Below, piece by piece: positions 46,867 through 57,535 of a DNA stretch of 64,000 nucleotides. Every line of letters starts with the position of its first letter. Position 1 is the stretch's first letter. A program made the position numbers and the translations under genes. The notes below the pieces were generated by a model. That model worked only from the letters and a program-made list of their open reading frames with translations. It had not been told where the DNA came from and made no database searches. The DNA is from an uncultured Planctomycetaceae bacterium (lineage in GTDB: Bacteria > Planctomycetota > Planctomycetia > Pirellulales > PALSA-1355), in NCBI GenBank assembly GCA_963785305.1, contig CAWAUV010000007.1, forward strand, positions 1,408,001 to 1,472,000, in the 5' to 3' direction.

Positions 46867-48708
46867 ATGACACGCAGATCCGAGTTCGATCTTCCCACGG
46901 CGCTCGCGGCGCTCGAAGCCGCCGCGGCCCAGCAGCGACTTTCCTCCGGCGCCGTGGCCAATATCCGCGCGTGGCTCACCGAGCCGCGCTACCGCGAATT
47001 CGCCCCGCAAGTGGCCGAACATTTGGCCCACCAAAAGTTCCAGGAGCTCGACGACGCATTCTGGACCATTATTCCCTTCGGGACCGGCGGCCGGCGTGGC
47101 AAGATGTATCCGATCGGCTCGAATACGATCAACGACCGCACGATCGGCGAAAGCGCCCAGGGGCTGGCCGATTATGCGCGCTCGTTCGCGGGCCAGAAAA
47201 AAACCGCCACCCGGCTCGCGGTGGCGATCGCCTACGACACGCGGCATCGCTCGCGCGAGTTCGCCGAACGATGCGCCGAGGTCATGGTCGCCGCCGGGTT
47301 CCAAGTCTATTTTCTCGATGGCTATCGCGGCACTCCCGAGCTTTCGTTCGCGGTGCGCCATGAGCAGTGCGCCTGCGGGCTCATGGTCACGGCCAGTCAC
47401 AATCCGCCCAGCGACAATGCGGTGAAAGCCTATTGGTCCACCGGCGGGCAACTTCTACCGCCCCACGACCAAGGCGTGATCGATCGCGTGATGAACGTCG
47501 ACACGATCGACCGCGTGTCCTTCGCCGACGCGCTCGCCGACGGGCGAATCGTTTACCGCCAGGCCGAGGTCGACGCCGCTTATCTCGCCGCGCTCATGAC
47601 CCAGGCCAAGCCGGGCCCGCGCGAGTTGCGCGTGGTGTATTCGCCGCTGCATGGCGTGGGCGCGTCGGCGATCATGCCACTCTTGGCGAAAGACGGCTTC
47701 GGCAATGTCGAGCTGTTCGGCCCCCACGCCGAGCCCAATGGCGATTTTCCGAATGTGCCCGGCCATGTGTCGAATCCCGAAAACCCGGCGGTTTTCGATT
47801 CCATCATCGCCCATGCTCGCGCAACGGGCGCCGACCTTGTGATCGCCACCGATCCGGATTGCGATCGGCTCGGCCTCGCCGCGCCGCTCACGCTCAAACC
47901 GGGCGCCGCTTGGGCGACCATGACCGGCAACCAGATCGGCGCCCTGCTCACGGAATATGTGCTCGCCCGACGCCGCGCCGCCGGACAACTCGACACGAAG
48001 AGCTATGTCGTCAAAACCCTCGTCACCACCGAGCTCGTGCGCCGCATTGCCGACGCCTACAACGCCCGAACCGTGGGCGAACTGCTCGTGGGTTTCAAAT
48101 GGATCGGCGGCGCGATCGATGAGCAGGGACCCGAACATTTTGTTTTCGGGGCCGAGGAGTCGCATGGCTATTTGGTCGGTCAGCATGCCCGCGACAAAGA
48201 CGCGGTGGTGGCCGCGATGCTCGTGGCGGAGCTTGCGGCCGAAGCCAAAGCCGCCGGCAAGTCGCTGCACGAAAAGCTCGATGCGCTTTATTGGCAATAT
48301 GGCTGCCATGTGGAGCGACAGGTCTCGGTCACGATGCCCGGCTCCGAGGGAATGGCCCGCATGACCGATCTGATGCGCCGCTTTCGCGCCGAGCCGCCCA
48401 CGAGCCTAGGAGGGCTCAAGGTCGCGCGAGTTCGCGACTATCTTTCGCTCGCCGAAACAGCACCTGGAACGGATGTTGGTCGGAGCCGCCCGCTCGTCGG
48501 CCCGCGCGGCGATATGGTGATGCTCGACCTAGCCGCCGAAGGGACTTTCGTGGCCGTGCGCCCCAGCGGCACCGAGCCCAAGGTGAAGTATTACCTTTTC
48601 GCCTTTGAGCCGGCCGAGATGCTCGCGAACCTCGATGCGACCAAGCAGGAGCTCGCCGAGCGCCTCGACGCCATCGCCGCCGACCTGGCCGCCTTCGCCC
48701 AAAACTGA
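46867..48708 (+). CDS. phosphoglucomutase/phosphomannomutase
   Basis: FGTGGRRG, TASHNP, DPDCDR, EESHG and RPSGTEPK motifs. Confidence 0.95.
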   Translation: MTRRSEFDLPTALAALEAAAAQQRLSSGAVANIRAWLTEPRYREFAPQVAEHLAHQKFQELDDAFWTIIPFGTGGRRGKMYPIGSNTINDRTIGESAQGLADYARSFAGQKKTATRLAVAIAYDTRHRSREFAERCAEVMVAAGFQVYFLDGYRGTPELSFAVRHEQCACGLMVTASHNPPSDNAVKAYWSTGGQLLPPHDQGVIDRVMNVDTIDRVSFADALADGRIVYRQAEVDAAYLAALMTQAKPGPRELRVVYSPLHGVGASAIMPLLAKDGFGNVELFGPHAEPNGDFPNVPGHVSNPENPAVFDSIIAHARATGADLVIATDPDCDRLGLAAPLTLKPGAAWATMTGNQIGALLTEYVLARRRAAGQLDTKSYVVKTLVTTELVRRIADAYNARTVGELLVGFKWIGGAIDEQGPEHFVFGAEESHGYLVGQHARDKDAVVAAMLVAELAAEAKAAGKSLHEKLDALYWQYGCHVERQVSVTMPGSEGMARMTDLMRRFRAEPPTSLGGLKVARVRDYLSLAETAPGTDVGRSRPLVGPRGDMVMLDLAAEGTFVAVRPSGTEPKVKYYLFAFEPAEMLANLDATKQELAERLDAIAADLAAFAQN

Positions 48709-49064
48709 AAACCGAAAACTCTTACTCCGCGCTCCCGTACCGCGGAGCGGTCATCAGGTCGACAACAAGCAGAAACGCGCCCAGGCTCGCACAAAGAAGA
48801 ACAGAAACCATGGTGACACTCTCACGATCGGGTTGACGATCGCATTCTAAAAAAAGGGCTCGGGGCGAGCGGTCTTCGCGGTGTCCCCGGCGGACCCGCA
48901 ACACGCTCGACGAAACATCTGTTGCCCGCCGCCAGGAGCGCGTCACACAATGCGAGGGCGAAATTTTCGGGCGGCGGCATGGCCCAGGCGCCCGGCCGGC
49001 GTAAAATGAATCAGGGCTTCTATTTGCCGCTCACGGCTGCCGGGATCGCCGTGTGCGGCTGCTT

Positions 49065-49109
49065 GGCCGATTGGGCCGATTGGGCCGATTGGGCCGGTTT
49101 GGCCGATTG
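49065..49109. repeat. 9-bp tandem repeat, five copies of GGCCGATTG (one degenerate), upstream of uvrC
   Basis: Read directly from the sequence. Confidence 0.85.
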
Positions 49110-49164
49110 GGCTCGCGCGGAAGCCCGATTTGTCGGTATTTTTCCCACCAGCGAAAGAGAACTC

Positions 49165-50691
49165 ATGGCGGAGTCTGACGGCGGCGGCGAGGCGCCACGC
49201 ATCGAGCAGCCAGACGACGATGCCGTATACGACGCCGGCTCCGACGCTTTTTCCGATGGCGCCGGCGACAACGAGCTCTCGCAGATCGAGCAGGCTGCCC
49301 GCGAAAGGGAACGGGAAACCCCCGGCGGCGACGAGGCATTCGAGCATGCGCTGGCCGAGGCCGAGCAAAAGACGGCCGACGTGCCGTGCTTTGCCCACGC
49401 CGCCGCCAAGGTTCGTCGGTTTCCTCAAACCCCCGGCGTGTATCTGATGAAAGACGCGGCCGGACGCGTGATCTATGTCGGCAAGGCCAAGAACCTGCGC
49501 TCCCGGGCCGGCAGCTATTTTCTCAAGGCGGCGGCCGAGGATCGTCGCACCGCCGAGCTTGTGACCGAGATTTGCGACATCGACTATATCGAGGCCGATA
49601 GCGAGGTCGACGCCCTGTTGATCGAGGCCCGGCTGATCAAGGATGTGCAGCCCAAGTTCAACAGCGATCTGAAAGATGACAAGACGTTTCCCTACCTCGA
49701 GATTTCGGTGCGCGAGGACTTTCCGCGGGTGTCGTTTACGCGCGAGCCGCGCGAGCGGGGCACCCGGCTCTTTGGCCCCTTCGCCAGCGCCGGCAGCTTG
49801 CGGGCGGCGGTGCAGGCGCTGCAGAAGATTTTCAAATTTCGCACCTGCTCGCTCGATATCGAAGCCGGCGACGAAAAGTGGCGCTGGTTCCGCCCCTGCC
49901 TCTTGGCTTCGATCAACCAATGCACGGCGCCCTGCAACCTGAGAATCTCGAAGGAAGACTACAAGCGTGACATCCAGCGGGTGATCAAATTTCTCGAAGG
50001 CAACAAGCGCACGCTTTTGAACGAGATGCGCGAGGAGATGATCGCCGCGTCGACCGCGCTGCGCTATGAAAAAGCCGCCCGGCTGCGCGACGAGATTCGC
50101 ATGCTCGAAACGCTCGACGATCGCGGCGAGCTCGACACCCACTTGCAGCCCGAGGTGTTTTATATCGACCCGAAAAAGGGTCTGGCCGGCTTGCAGAAAG
50201 TGCTGCGACTCAAGACGGCGCGGCGCACGATCGAGGGCGTCGACATTGCCCATTTCGCGGGCGGCGAAACCGTGGCGAGCCTCGTGCAGTTCATCGACGG
50301 GTTGCCGTTCAAGCCGAATTATCGCCGCTTCAAGATTCGCGACGTGGCTGGCGTCGATGATTTCGCCAGCATCCACGAGGTCATTTCACGCCGTTTTCAA
50401 CGGCTGAGCGACGAGCAAGCGCCCTTTCCCGATCTGCTGCTGATCGATGGCGGCAAGGGGCAGCTTTCGGCTGGCATGGCGGCTTTTCGCGCACTCGGTA
50501 TCACCCCGCCGATCGTGATCTCGCTTGCCAAGCGCGAGGAAGAGATTTATGTGCCGGGCGTCGAGGGACCGCTGCGGCTGAGCCGGCACTCGTTCGCGCT
50601 GCGGCTACTGCAATATGTGCGCGATGAGGCCCATCGCTTTGCCCAGCACTATCACCACGCGCTGCGGCGGAAAACCATGCTCGGTGAGTAA
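49165..50691 (+). CDS. uvrC: excinuclease ABC subunit C (short form lacking the C-terminal HhH)
   Basis: PGVYLMKD..IYVGKAKNLR (GIY-YIG), Cys cluster, UVR motif YEKAARLRD, IDGGKGQ and RDEAHRFA. Confidence 0.93.
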   Translation: MAESDGGGEAPRIEQPDDDAVYDAGSDAFSDGAGDNELSQIEQAARERERETPGGDEAFEHALAEAEQKTADVPCFAHAAAKVRRFPQTPGVYLMKDAAGRVIYVGKAKNLRSRAGSYFLKAAAEDRRTAELVTEICDIDYIEADSEVDALLIEARLIKDVQPKFNSDLKDDKTFPYLEISVREDFPRVSFTREPRERGTRLFGPFASAGSLRAAVQALQKIFKFRTCSLDIEAGDEKWRWFRPCLLASINQCTAPCNLRISKEDYKRDIQRVIKFLEGNKRTLLNEMREEMIAASTALRYEKAARLRDEIRMLETLDDRGELDTHLQPEVFYIDPKKGLAGLQKVLRLKTARRTIEGVDIAHFAGGETVASLVQFIDGLPFKPNYRRFKIRDVAGVDDFASIHEVISRRFQRLSDEQAPFPDLLLIDGGKGQLSAGMAAFRALGITPPIVISLAKREEEIYVPGVEGPLRLSRHSFALRLLQYVRDEAHRFAQHYHHALRRKTMLGE

Positions 50692-50844
50692 GCGCTGCCC
50701 ACGACGACGACGACGCGACCGATCCGCTGGCGGAAAAACGACGGGCGATGGAAGCACGAAAAAAGGGCGAGGCGCCGCGACTCGCATCGCAAGCGTCTCG
50801 CCCTTGTTCATTTTTCGAATGGGCTCGTTGACCGCGACCAACGC

Positions 50845-51450
50845 TCAGCGCAAGTCCGGCAGCATCGCGCTATGATCGGTCACCATGATGCGCTCCGTCT
50901 CGTAGCTCCGTTGAACCGGGAACACATAGTTCGCCAGCCCCACGGGCGCCAGAGGCAACTGCTCAACCGGCTCGGCGGCGATTGGCCGCGCGGCTGGCTT
51001 GGGGGCGCTGATCTCGCCCGGCGCATTCCACGGATCGCTCTGCAGATAGCGATTGCGCGGCTTGACCGGGGCGGCCTGAGTCGCATGCGTGGCGGCCGGC
51101 TCGCGATGCGTGGCATCGGGTGTCGTGGCGCCGCCGCTTGGCGAAGCCGCCGCTCGCGAGAGATCCGCCGTGGCGGAAGCATGCGTGCGGCCGCCAATCA
51201 AGCCGATTACATCGCTCGACGAGGATCCTCGCGAAGCGTATTCCCGCGATGAAGCCTTCGAAGCGTCTTCGCGCGGACGCAAGCACAATCCGAAAACCAG
51301 AAGAACGAGCGTTCGCCAGAGTGGCGAAAGATTCTTGGCTCCAGCCGGCCGAAGGCGCGACGAGCCAAGACGACGTTAAAAGTGCTGTCGCCAAACCAAG
51401 GCGAGAGCCACCAAGCGCGCAATCGCAGGCGCGCTTGAGTGAGAAACCAT
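50845..51450 (-). CDS. hypothetical exported low-complexity protein, frameshifted
   Basis: Signal-like segment (LATALLTSSWLVAPSAGWSQ) and an Ala/Pro-rich C-terminus in adjoining frames. Confidence 0.45.
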
Positions 51451-51767
51451 GTTGTGGTGGAATTCATTGGCGTCCCTTTCCTACTCTGGTCCCAAAACCC
51501 CCGGACTCTCCGCAAACGCTGCGCATGTAGCGCAAAAGGCGCCTACGGAATAAAGCTCACGAATTATGAACTCGTGCGCGCGCTTTGCAACTAGCGCGAG
51601 ATTAATATTGTGAAATTATTCAAGGCACGTGGATTGCCGCGTGCTTGCCGCCGCAATTGCCGACTTGGGATGCGCATCGCACTGCCTGGGTCAAACGATT
51701 TGAAGGTCGCCATGCGAATTTGCTCGCCCCTCGCCGCCCACCCCCGAACCCTGAAAACCGAAAAGCA

Positions 51768-52432
51768 CTACGGCAGCGGCTTCACTTCGATTGAGCGGTA
51801 AAGCACCGTGCTGCCCGGATCATGGGCCTGGAGAGCAAATGTGCCCTTATCGAGCTTCGGATACTTCCGCTCCAGGCTTTCTGGCTCGGTGTAATCGATG
51901 ATCGTCTTGCCGTTGACCTTCGTCACGATGTGCTTGCCCTCGACGATGATCTCCTCGGTGAACCACTCATTATCCTTGCTCGGGGCGGTGAAGTTCTTTT
52001 CCACATTGTAGAGACTCGCCGTCTTCACCGGGTCACCGTGCGAGGTGTTCACTTGGCACTCATAGCCCGAGTCGGGCCAGCCCTTGTCGAGCCACTTCAC
52101 ATGAAAGTAGATGCCCGAGTTGGCCTTCGGCTTGGTCATGAGCTCGGCCTTGAAATGGAAGTTCTTGAATTCGGGCAAATGGCTCGGATCCGTGCCGACA
52201 TAGAACAAGTGGCTGCGATCGCCGTGGGCCACGATCGCGCCGTCTTCGACCTTCCACTGGTCCGGGTTCTCGTTGGCTTTCCAGCCGGTGAGGTCCTTGC
52301 CATTGAAGAGCTTGATCCAGCCGCCTTCGGTTTCGGCGGCGCGGCGCTCGAAACGAACATCATGGTCGCCAGACCCAGGAATAAAGAACCATTCACGATC
52401 CACGAACGACGGCCGAGGCTGGGGGTGTGCAT
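51768..52432 (-). CDS. DUF1080 (3-keto-glycoside-processing) protein, frameshift near 52345
   Basis: WIKLFNGKDLTGW, ANSGIYFH, GYECQV and FALQAHDP motifs. Confidence 0.9.
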
Positions 52433-52537
52433 AAGAATTTTCTACCTTTTCGGTGGGTCAAGGAATGCAAACGCCGCATCCCGCGCATGGGAAGCAGCGA
52501 TTCAACCAAAAATCGCGAAACGTTTCGAACCAAGGTA

Positions 52538-52579
52538 GCGCTAGCGGCCTGTTGAGTGTTTCAACAGGCTGCCTAGCGC
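52538..52579. repeat. intergenic stem-loop (REP-like, possible terminator) downstream of the PKS-NRPS
   Basis: GCGCTAG-CGGCCTGTTGA gtgtt TCAACAGGCTG-C-CTAGCGC. Confidence 0.6.
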
Positions 52580-52667
52580 GCCGCGAGCGATTATCTTCGT
52601 TCGAGACCCGCGGGCCCGCAAGCCCCCGCGCCCGCGGCGGACAAATTTGCCGGCGGCGGAGTCCGAC

Positions 52668-55600
52668 TCATTCGGTCCCGCTGCCAGGATCGGCGGCCAC
52701 GAGGCTCAAGAACCCCGACTGCCGCAAGCGCTGGAAATACACGCCCAGCAGGCGTTCGTCGATCGGCGGGCATTCGATCCCGGCGGCGGCGAGCAGCGCC
52801 CGGGTCTGGCTCGCGTCGTAGCGAGGATGTTCGAGCCGGGCCAGCGGATCGTCGGCCGCCAGGTCGAGCGCGCCAAACACGGCCGCCAGCGATTCGGCCG
52901 CCTCGCCGCCGCCCTGCTCGACAAAGCTCATCAATTTGTCGCGCCAGCGATCCAGCGGCGTCGATTCGAGCGATGCGCCCATCGACTGCAGCCAATCGAC
53001 CAGTTCCCGCATTCGCGGCGGCCGCGGGTGCACCAAATGAAAACAACCGCCCACGGCTTCGGGCCGCGTCGAAAGCGCGACAATCGCCCGGCTCACATAA
53101 TCCACCGGAGTCATGTCCACATCGAGATCCAAATCCGGCGCCGCCCCGAGCTGCATGCAGCCCAGGATCATGGCGTGCAAGAAATCCTTGGTGTTGGCGA
53201 TGCCCGAATCGCTGTGGCCGACGATGCGACCCGGCCGATAGATCGTCACCGGCACGCCGCGCTCGGCGGCGGCGCGAAGCAGCTTCTCCGCCACCCACTT
53301 CGACTGGCTATAGCCATCGTGCAGCGACTCGCAGCGTGGCAGCGGGTCGCGCTCCGTGACCGTGGAATCGCTCGTGTGTTCGCTCGAGGCATGCACGGAG
53401 AACGTCGACACGAAATGCACGGCCTTCAGCCGCCGGGCAACCGCCAACCGCAGCGTTTCGAGCGTTCCGCCGACATTGGCCGAGCGGAGCAGTGGGTAGG
53501 GATAGGCGAAGTTCACCTCCGCTCCGTTGTGATAAATCGCCCGCGCGGCCCCGGCCAGTTGCTCCCAGCGCTCGGGCGAGAGTCCGAATCGCGGGCTCGA
53601 CAAATCGCCAAGCACCGGCGTGACCCGCTCGGCGAGCTCCGCGGTGGAAAGCGAATACCGCGCCAGATTGTCGGCCAGCTTGCGCCGCGCGGACCGTTCG
53701 TCGTCGGCCCGCACCAGGCAATAGACATGCTCGCTCGTGCGACGCAGTAGCTCGTCGAGCAGAAACGCGCCCAAGTAGCCGGTCGCGCCGGTAAGCAGCA
53801 GTCCCTCGGGCAGCGAATCGTTGGATCGCGAAGCCTCGCCGGAACCCGCCCCTGGCGGCACGATCGCGGGATCGAGATTCGTTTCGAGGGCGAAGTCGAT
53901 GCCGAGCGAGTCGGCCGGTCGCTCGCCACGCGCGATCGCGTCGATCGTTTGCGCGATGCCGGCGATCGTCGGCGCGTGAAACACGCGGGCCAGCGGCAGC
54001 TCGATTCGAAATTGGTCGCGCAGGCGGGCGGCAAGCTGCGCCGCGCAGCGAGTGTCCGCCACTGGCGAAAAAGTCATCGTCGATCGAAGGCTCGGCCACG
54101 CTCAAGATATCGCTCCATGCGCGAGCCACGGCCTCTTCGGTGGCGGTGCGGGGCGCGATGCGCGCTTGGGCCGCATCCGCCCGAGCAGCCGGGGCGGGGA
54201 GCGCGCGACGATCGAGCTTGCCATTGGCGGTGCGGGGCATCGCGGCCAGCGGCATGACGCCGGCCGGGATCATGTATTCGGGCAACCGGAGCCGCAGCCA
54301 AGCTTGCAGCTCCGCTCCGGAGGGCGGGGTTTGCGATGGCCCGCTGCCGGTGAAATAGGCGAACAATCGCGTGTCGACGCCTTGGCCCGACGCCATGACG
54401 GCGGCTTCGGCCACGGAGGGATGTTCGGCGAGCGCTGCTTCGATTTCGCCGAGTTCGATGCGAAATCCGCGCACTTTGACTTGCCCGTCGCTCCGGCCCA
54501 GGCATTCGAGCCGCCCGTCGGCCAGCCGCCGACCCAAATCGCCGGTGCGATACAGTCGGGCGCCGGGCTGATTGCTAAACGGATCGGGCACGAAGCTCGC
54601 GTGGGTCAGGTCGGAGCGGCCGCGATAGCCTCGCGCCAGCCCCTGGCCTCCAATCGCAAGCTCGCCCACGACTCCGGTCGGGGCCAAGTCTCCGCGAGCG
54701 TCGAGCACATGGATTTGCGTGTTGGCGATCGGTCGACCGATCGCGATGACACCGTCGGCCGATTCGATTCGCTCGATGGCGGACCAGACCGTCGTCTCCG
54801 TGGGACCATACATGTTCCACAGTTCGCCACCGGTGGCCAAAAGCCGCCGCGCCAAGTCGCGCGGCAGCGCCTCGCCGCCGCATAGCATCTTGAGCGGGCG
54901 ACTGGCGCGAATGCCGTGGGGCTTGGGCCGCGCCATTACCGCCGACGGCCGGTCGCCTTCGCTCCGCCGCGCCGTTGAGGGCCGGCATGGATTGCTGGGC
55001 CGGAAGACCGTTCCAGCCCGCGTCGAGCAGCAAACGCCACGAGGCTGGCGTGGCCTGCAACACCGTGACGCCTTCGTGAGCCAGGAGTTCGATCAGGCGA
55101 TGGCCATCGAGCGATTCTTCTCGCGAGGCAATCACCACCCGAGCGCCCACGACCAGCGGCAAGAAGATCTCGAGCACCGCGATATCGAACGACAGCGTGG
55201 TGACGGCCAGCAGCACATCGTCGCTCGCCAGACCTGGCCGATCGCGCATCGAGAGCAGGAAATTCACCACGGCCCCATGCGTGATCTCGACACCCTTGGG
55301 CCGCCCGGTCGAGCCGGAAGTGTAGAGCACATAGGCCAGGCGATCCGGCGAGCTCGCGCGGGCGAGTCCCTCGGCCGATTGCCGGGCAATGGCGGAGCAA
55401 TCGGCCGCGAGGTCGATTCGCCGCACGCTCGCCGACGGCTCGCGCGAGGCCAGATGCAGCGAGACCGGTCCGGGCGCCGTCACCACCCAGCGCGCTCCGG
55501 AATCGTCGAGCATGGCTTGCAAGCGGGCGGGCGGAAACGCCGGATCGAGCGGCACATAAGCGGCGCCGGCCTTGAGAATCGCCAAGAGCGCGACGAGCAT

Positions 55601-57483
55601 CTCGGGCCCGCGCTCGAGAAACACGCCGACGATCGCCCCGTCGGCGGCGCCCTCGGCCAGCAGATGCCGCGCGAGGCGATTGGCTTGGGCATCGAGCTCG
55701 GCATAGGTCATGCGCTGGGCGCCATGCACGATCGCCACGGCGTCGGGAGCGCGCGCCGCTTGCAACTCGAACAGCGCATGGATCGCGAGAGCGGGAGTCT
55801 CTGCGCCGTGGCGTTGCAGTCGACAAGCAGCCGCCGCCGTTCGTCGGGCGCGAGCAGAGGCAGATCGTCGACGCGGGCCTCGGGATCGGCCACGATCGCC
55901 ATGAGCAGCGACTCGAAATGCGCGGCGAAACGGAGCATCGTTTCGCGGTCGAACAGATCGGTGTTGTACTGGAGCTCGAGCGCGAGTTCACCGCCGGATT
56001 CGGCCATCTGGCATGTGAGATCGAACTGCGTGCTGCATTGATCGATCGGGAAACTCTCGATTTCGAGTTCGCCCACTCGCATCCGCGCGTGGCGCTCGCC
56101 GAGCATGAACGCGTTGAACCCGCGCGCGTGACTGGCCTGCGCGATGCAAGACAAACGCGGTTTGAAAGATCGGCGTGCGGCTCGCGTCGCGCGTCGGCGC
56201 AAGCGTTCCACCAGGAGCGAGAACGGATAATCGTGGTGATCGAAGGCATCGAGAATCGTCTGCCGCAAGGCGGCCAAGAACTCGGTAAATCGCGGGTTGC
56301 CCGAGAGATCGCCACGAATCGCGACCGGGTTGATGAAATCGCCCACGACCGAGGCTTGCGCCGCTCGCGAGCGTCCGCTGGTGGGCGAGCCGACGATAAT
56401 GTCGTCTTGCCCGGTATAGCGGTGGAGCAGTGTCTCGTAAGCGGCCACGAGCGTCATGAACATCGTGGCCCCGTGTTGCTTGCTGAGCTCCTTGAGTCCC
56501 GTGGTCAAGCGAGGCTCGAGCGCCAGATGCGCCACCGCGCCGCGCGAGGTTTGCGTCGCGGGGCGAGGGCGATCGGTCGGCAATTGGAGCGCCGGTAGCG
56601 GCTCGGCCAGTTCGGCCCGCCAATAGTCGAGCATTTTCTCGGCGGCCTCGCCGGCAAGCAGATCGGCTTCGTCGCGAATGTGGTCGAAGTACGTCATCTC
56701 CGGCGGCGGAAGTTCCGCCTGACCGCCGGCGCGATAGCATTCCAAGAATTCACCGATCACGACCAACAACGACCACAGGTCGGTGACGATATGATGCAGG
56801 ACAAACGCGATCAGCGCTTCGTCGTCGGCCACGCGCAACAGAAATGCCTTGCCCGCCGGGCCCGCTTCCAAGTCAAACGGCTGATGCGCCGCCGCCTCGA
56901 GCCGGGCTCGCTGCCGCGACTCGCTCCAACCGCGGCCATCGACCACTTCCAGCGGAACGGGAATGCCGCGATGAATTCGCTGCCGCGGCTCGCCGTCGAT
57001 CTCGTGAAACGTTGCCCGCAGAATGGGATGCCGGGCGACCACTTCGGCAATGGCCCGCCGCATGGCCTCGAGATCGAGTGGTCCGCGCAGCCGCATCGAG
57101 TCCCACACATTATAGGCCGTGTTCGCGCGATCGAGGCGATAGAGGAACCACAGCGCTCGTTGGGCATGGGAGAGCGGATATTCACCCACGATATTCGCCG
57201 AAGCGCCATTCGCCGACGATGCGCCCGCCAACGCGGCATTTGTCGACGCGGCATTCGCCGGCGGGAGCGTCGCTCCATTCAGCGAGGCCGCCGGTCCGCG
57301 ATCGTTCGCATTTGAGTTCGACCGTTCCGAATTCGTCGCTTTCGCGCTGGAAGCACGCGTCGACGTACTTTTGGACTCGCTTGTCGACGCACCTATCGAC
57401 GCGCTCGTCAACGCGCTGTTCAACGCGCTCGTCGACGCGACTTTCGACGCGACTTTCGACGCGACTTTCGACGCGACTGTCAA
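52668..57483 (-). CDS. NRPS portion: C - A(Gly) - PCP - thioester reductase (R), several frameshifts
   Basis: C: LSHAQRALW, HHIVTDLWS. A: YTSGSTGRPKG, SFDIA, NMYGPTETTVWS, YRTGD. PCP: FFASGGHSL. R: LTGATGYLG, GYSQSKWVAE. Confidence 0.92.
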
Positions 57484-57535
57484 CGCGCCTGTCGACGCGC
57501 CTGTTCAACGCGCCTGTTCAACGCGCTTGTCGATC
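57383..57535. repeat. degenerate 12-bp tandem repeat (about 12 copies, e.g. TTCGACGCGACT) in the ACP-C linker
   Basis: Encodes VASK/SALN/SAST tetrapeptides; two units are 13 bp. Confidence 0.9.

Noticed and set aside
51622..51638. sigma54-like AAGGCACGTGGATTGCC on the plus strand
   Set aside because: No plus-strand gene follows and both flanking genes are on the minus strand.
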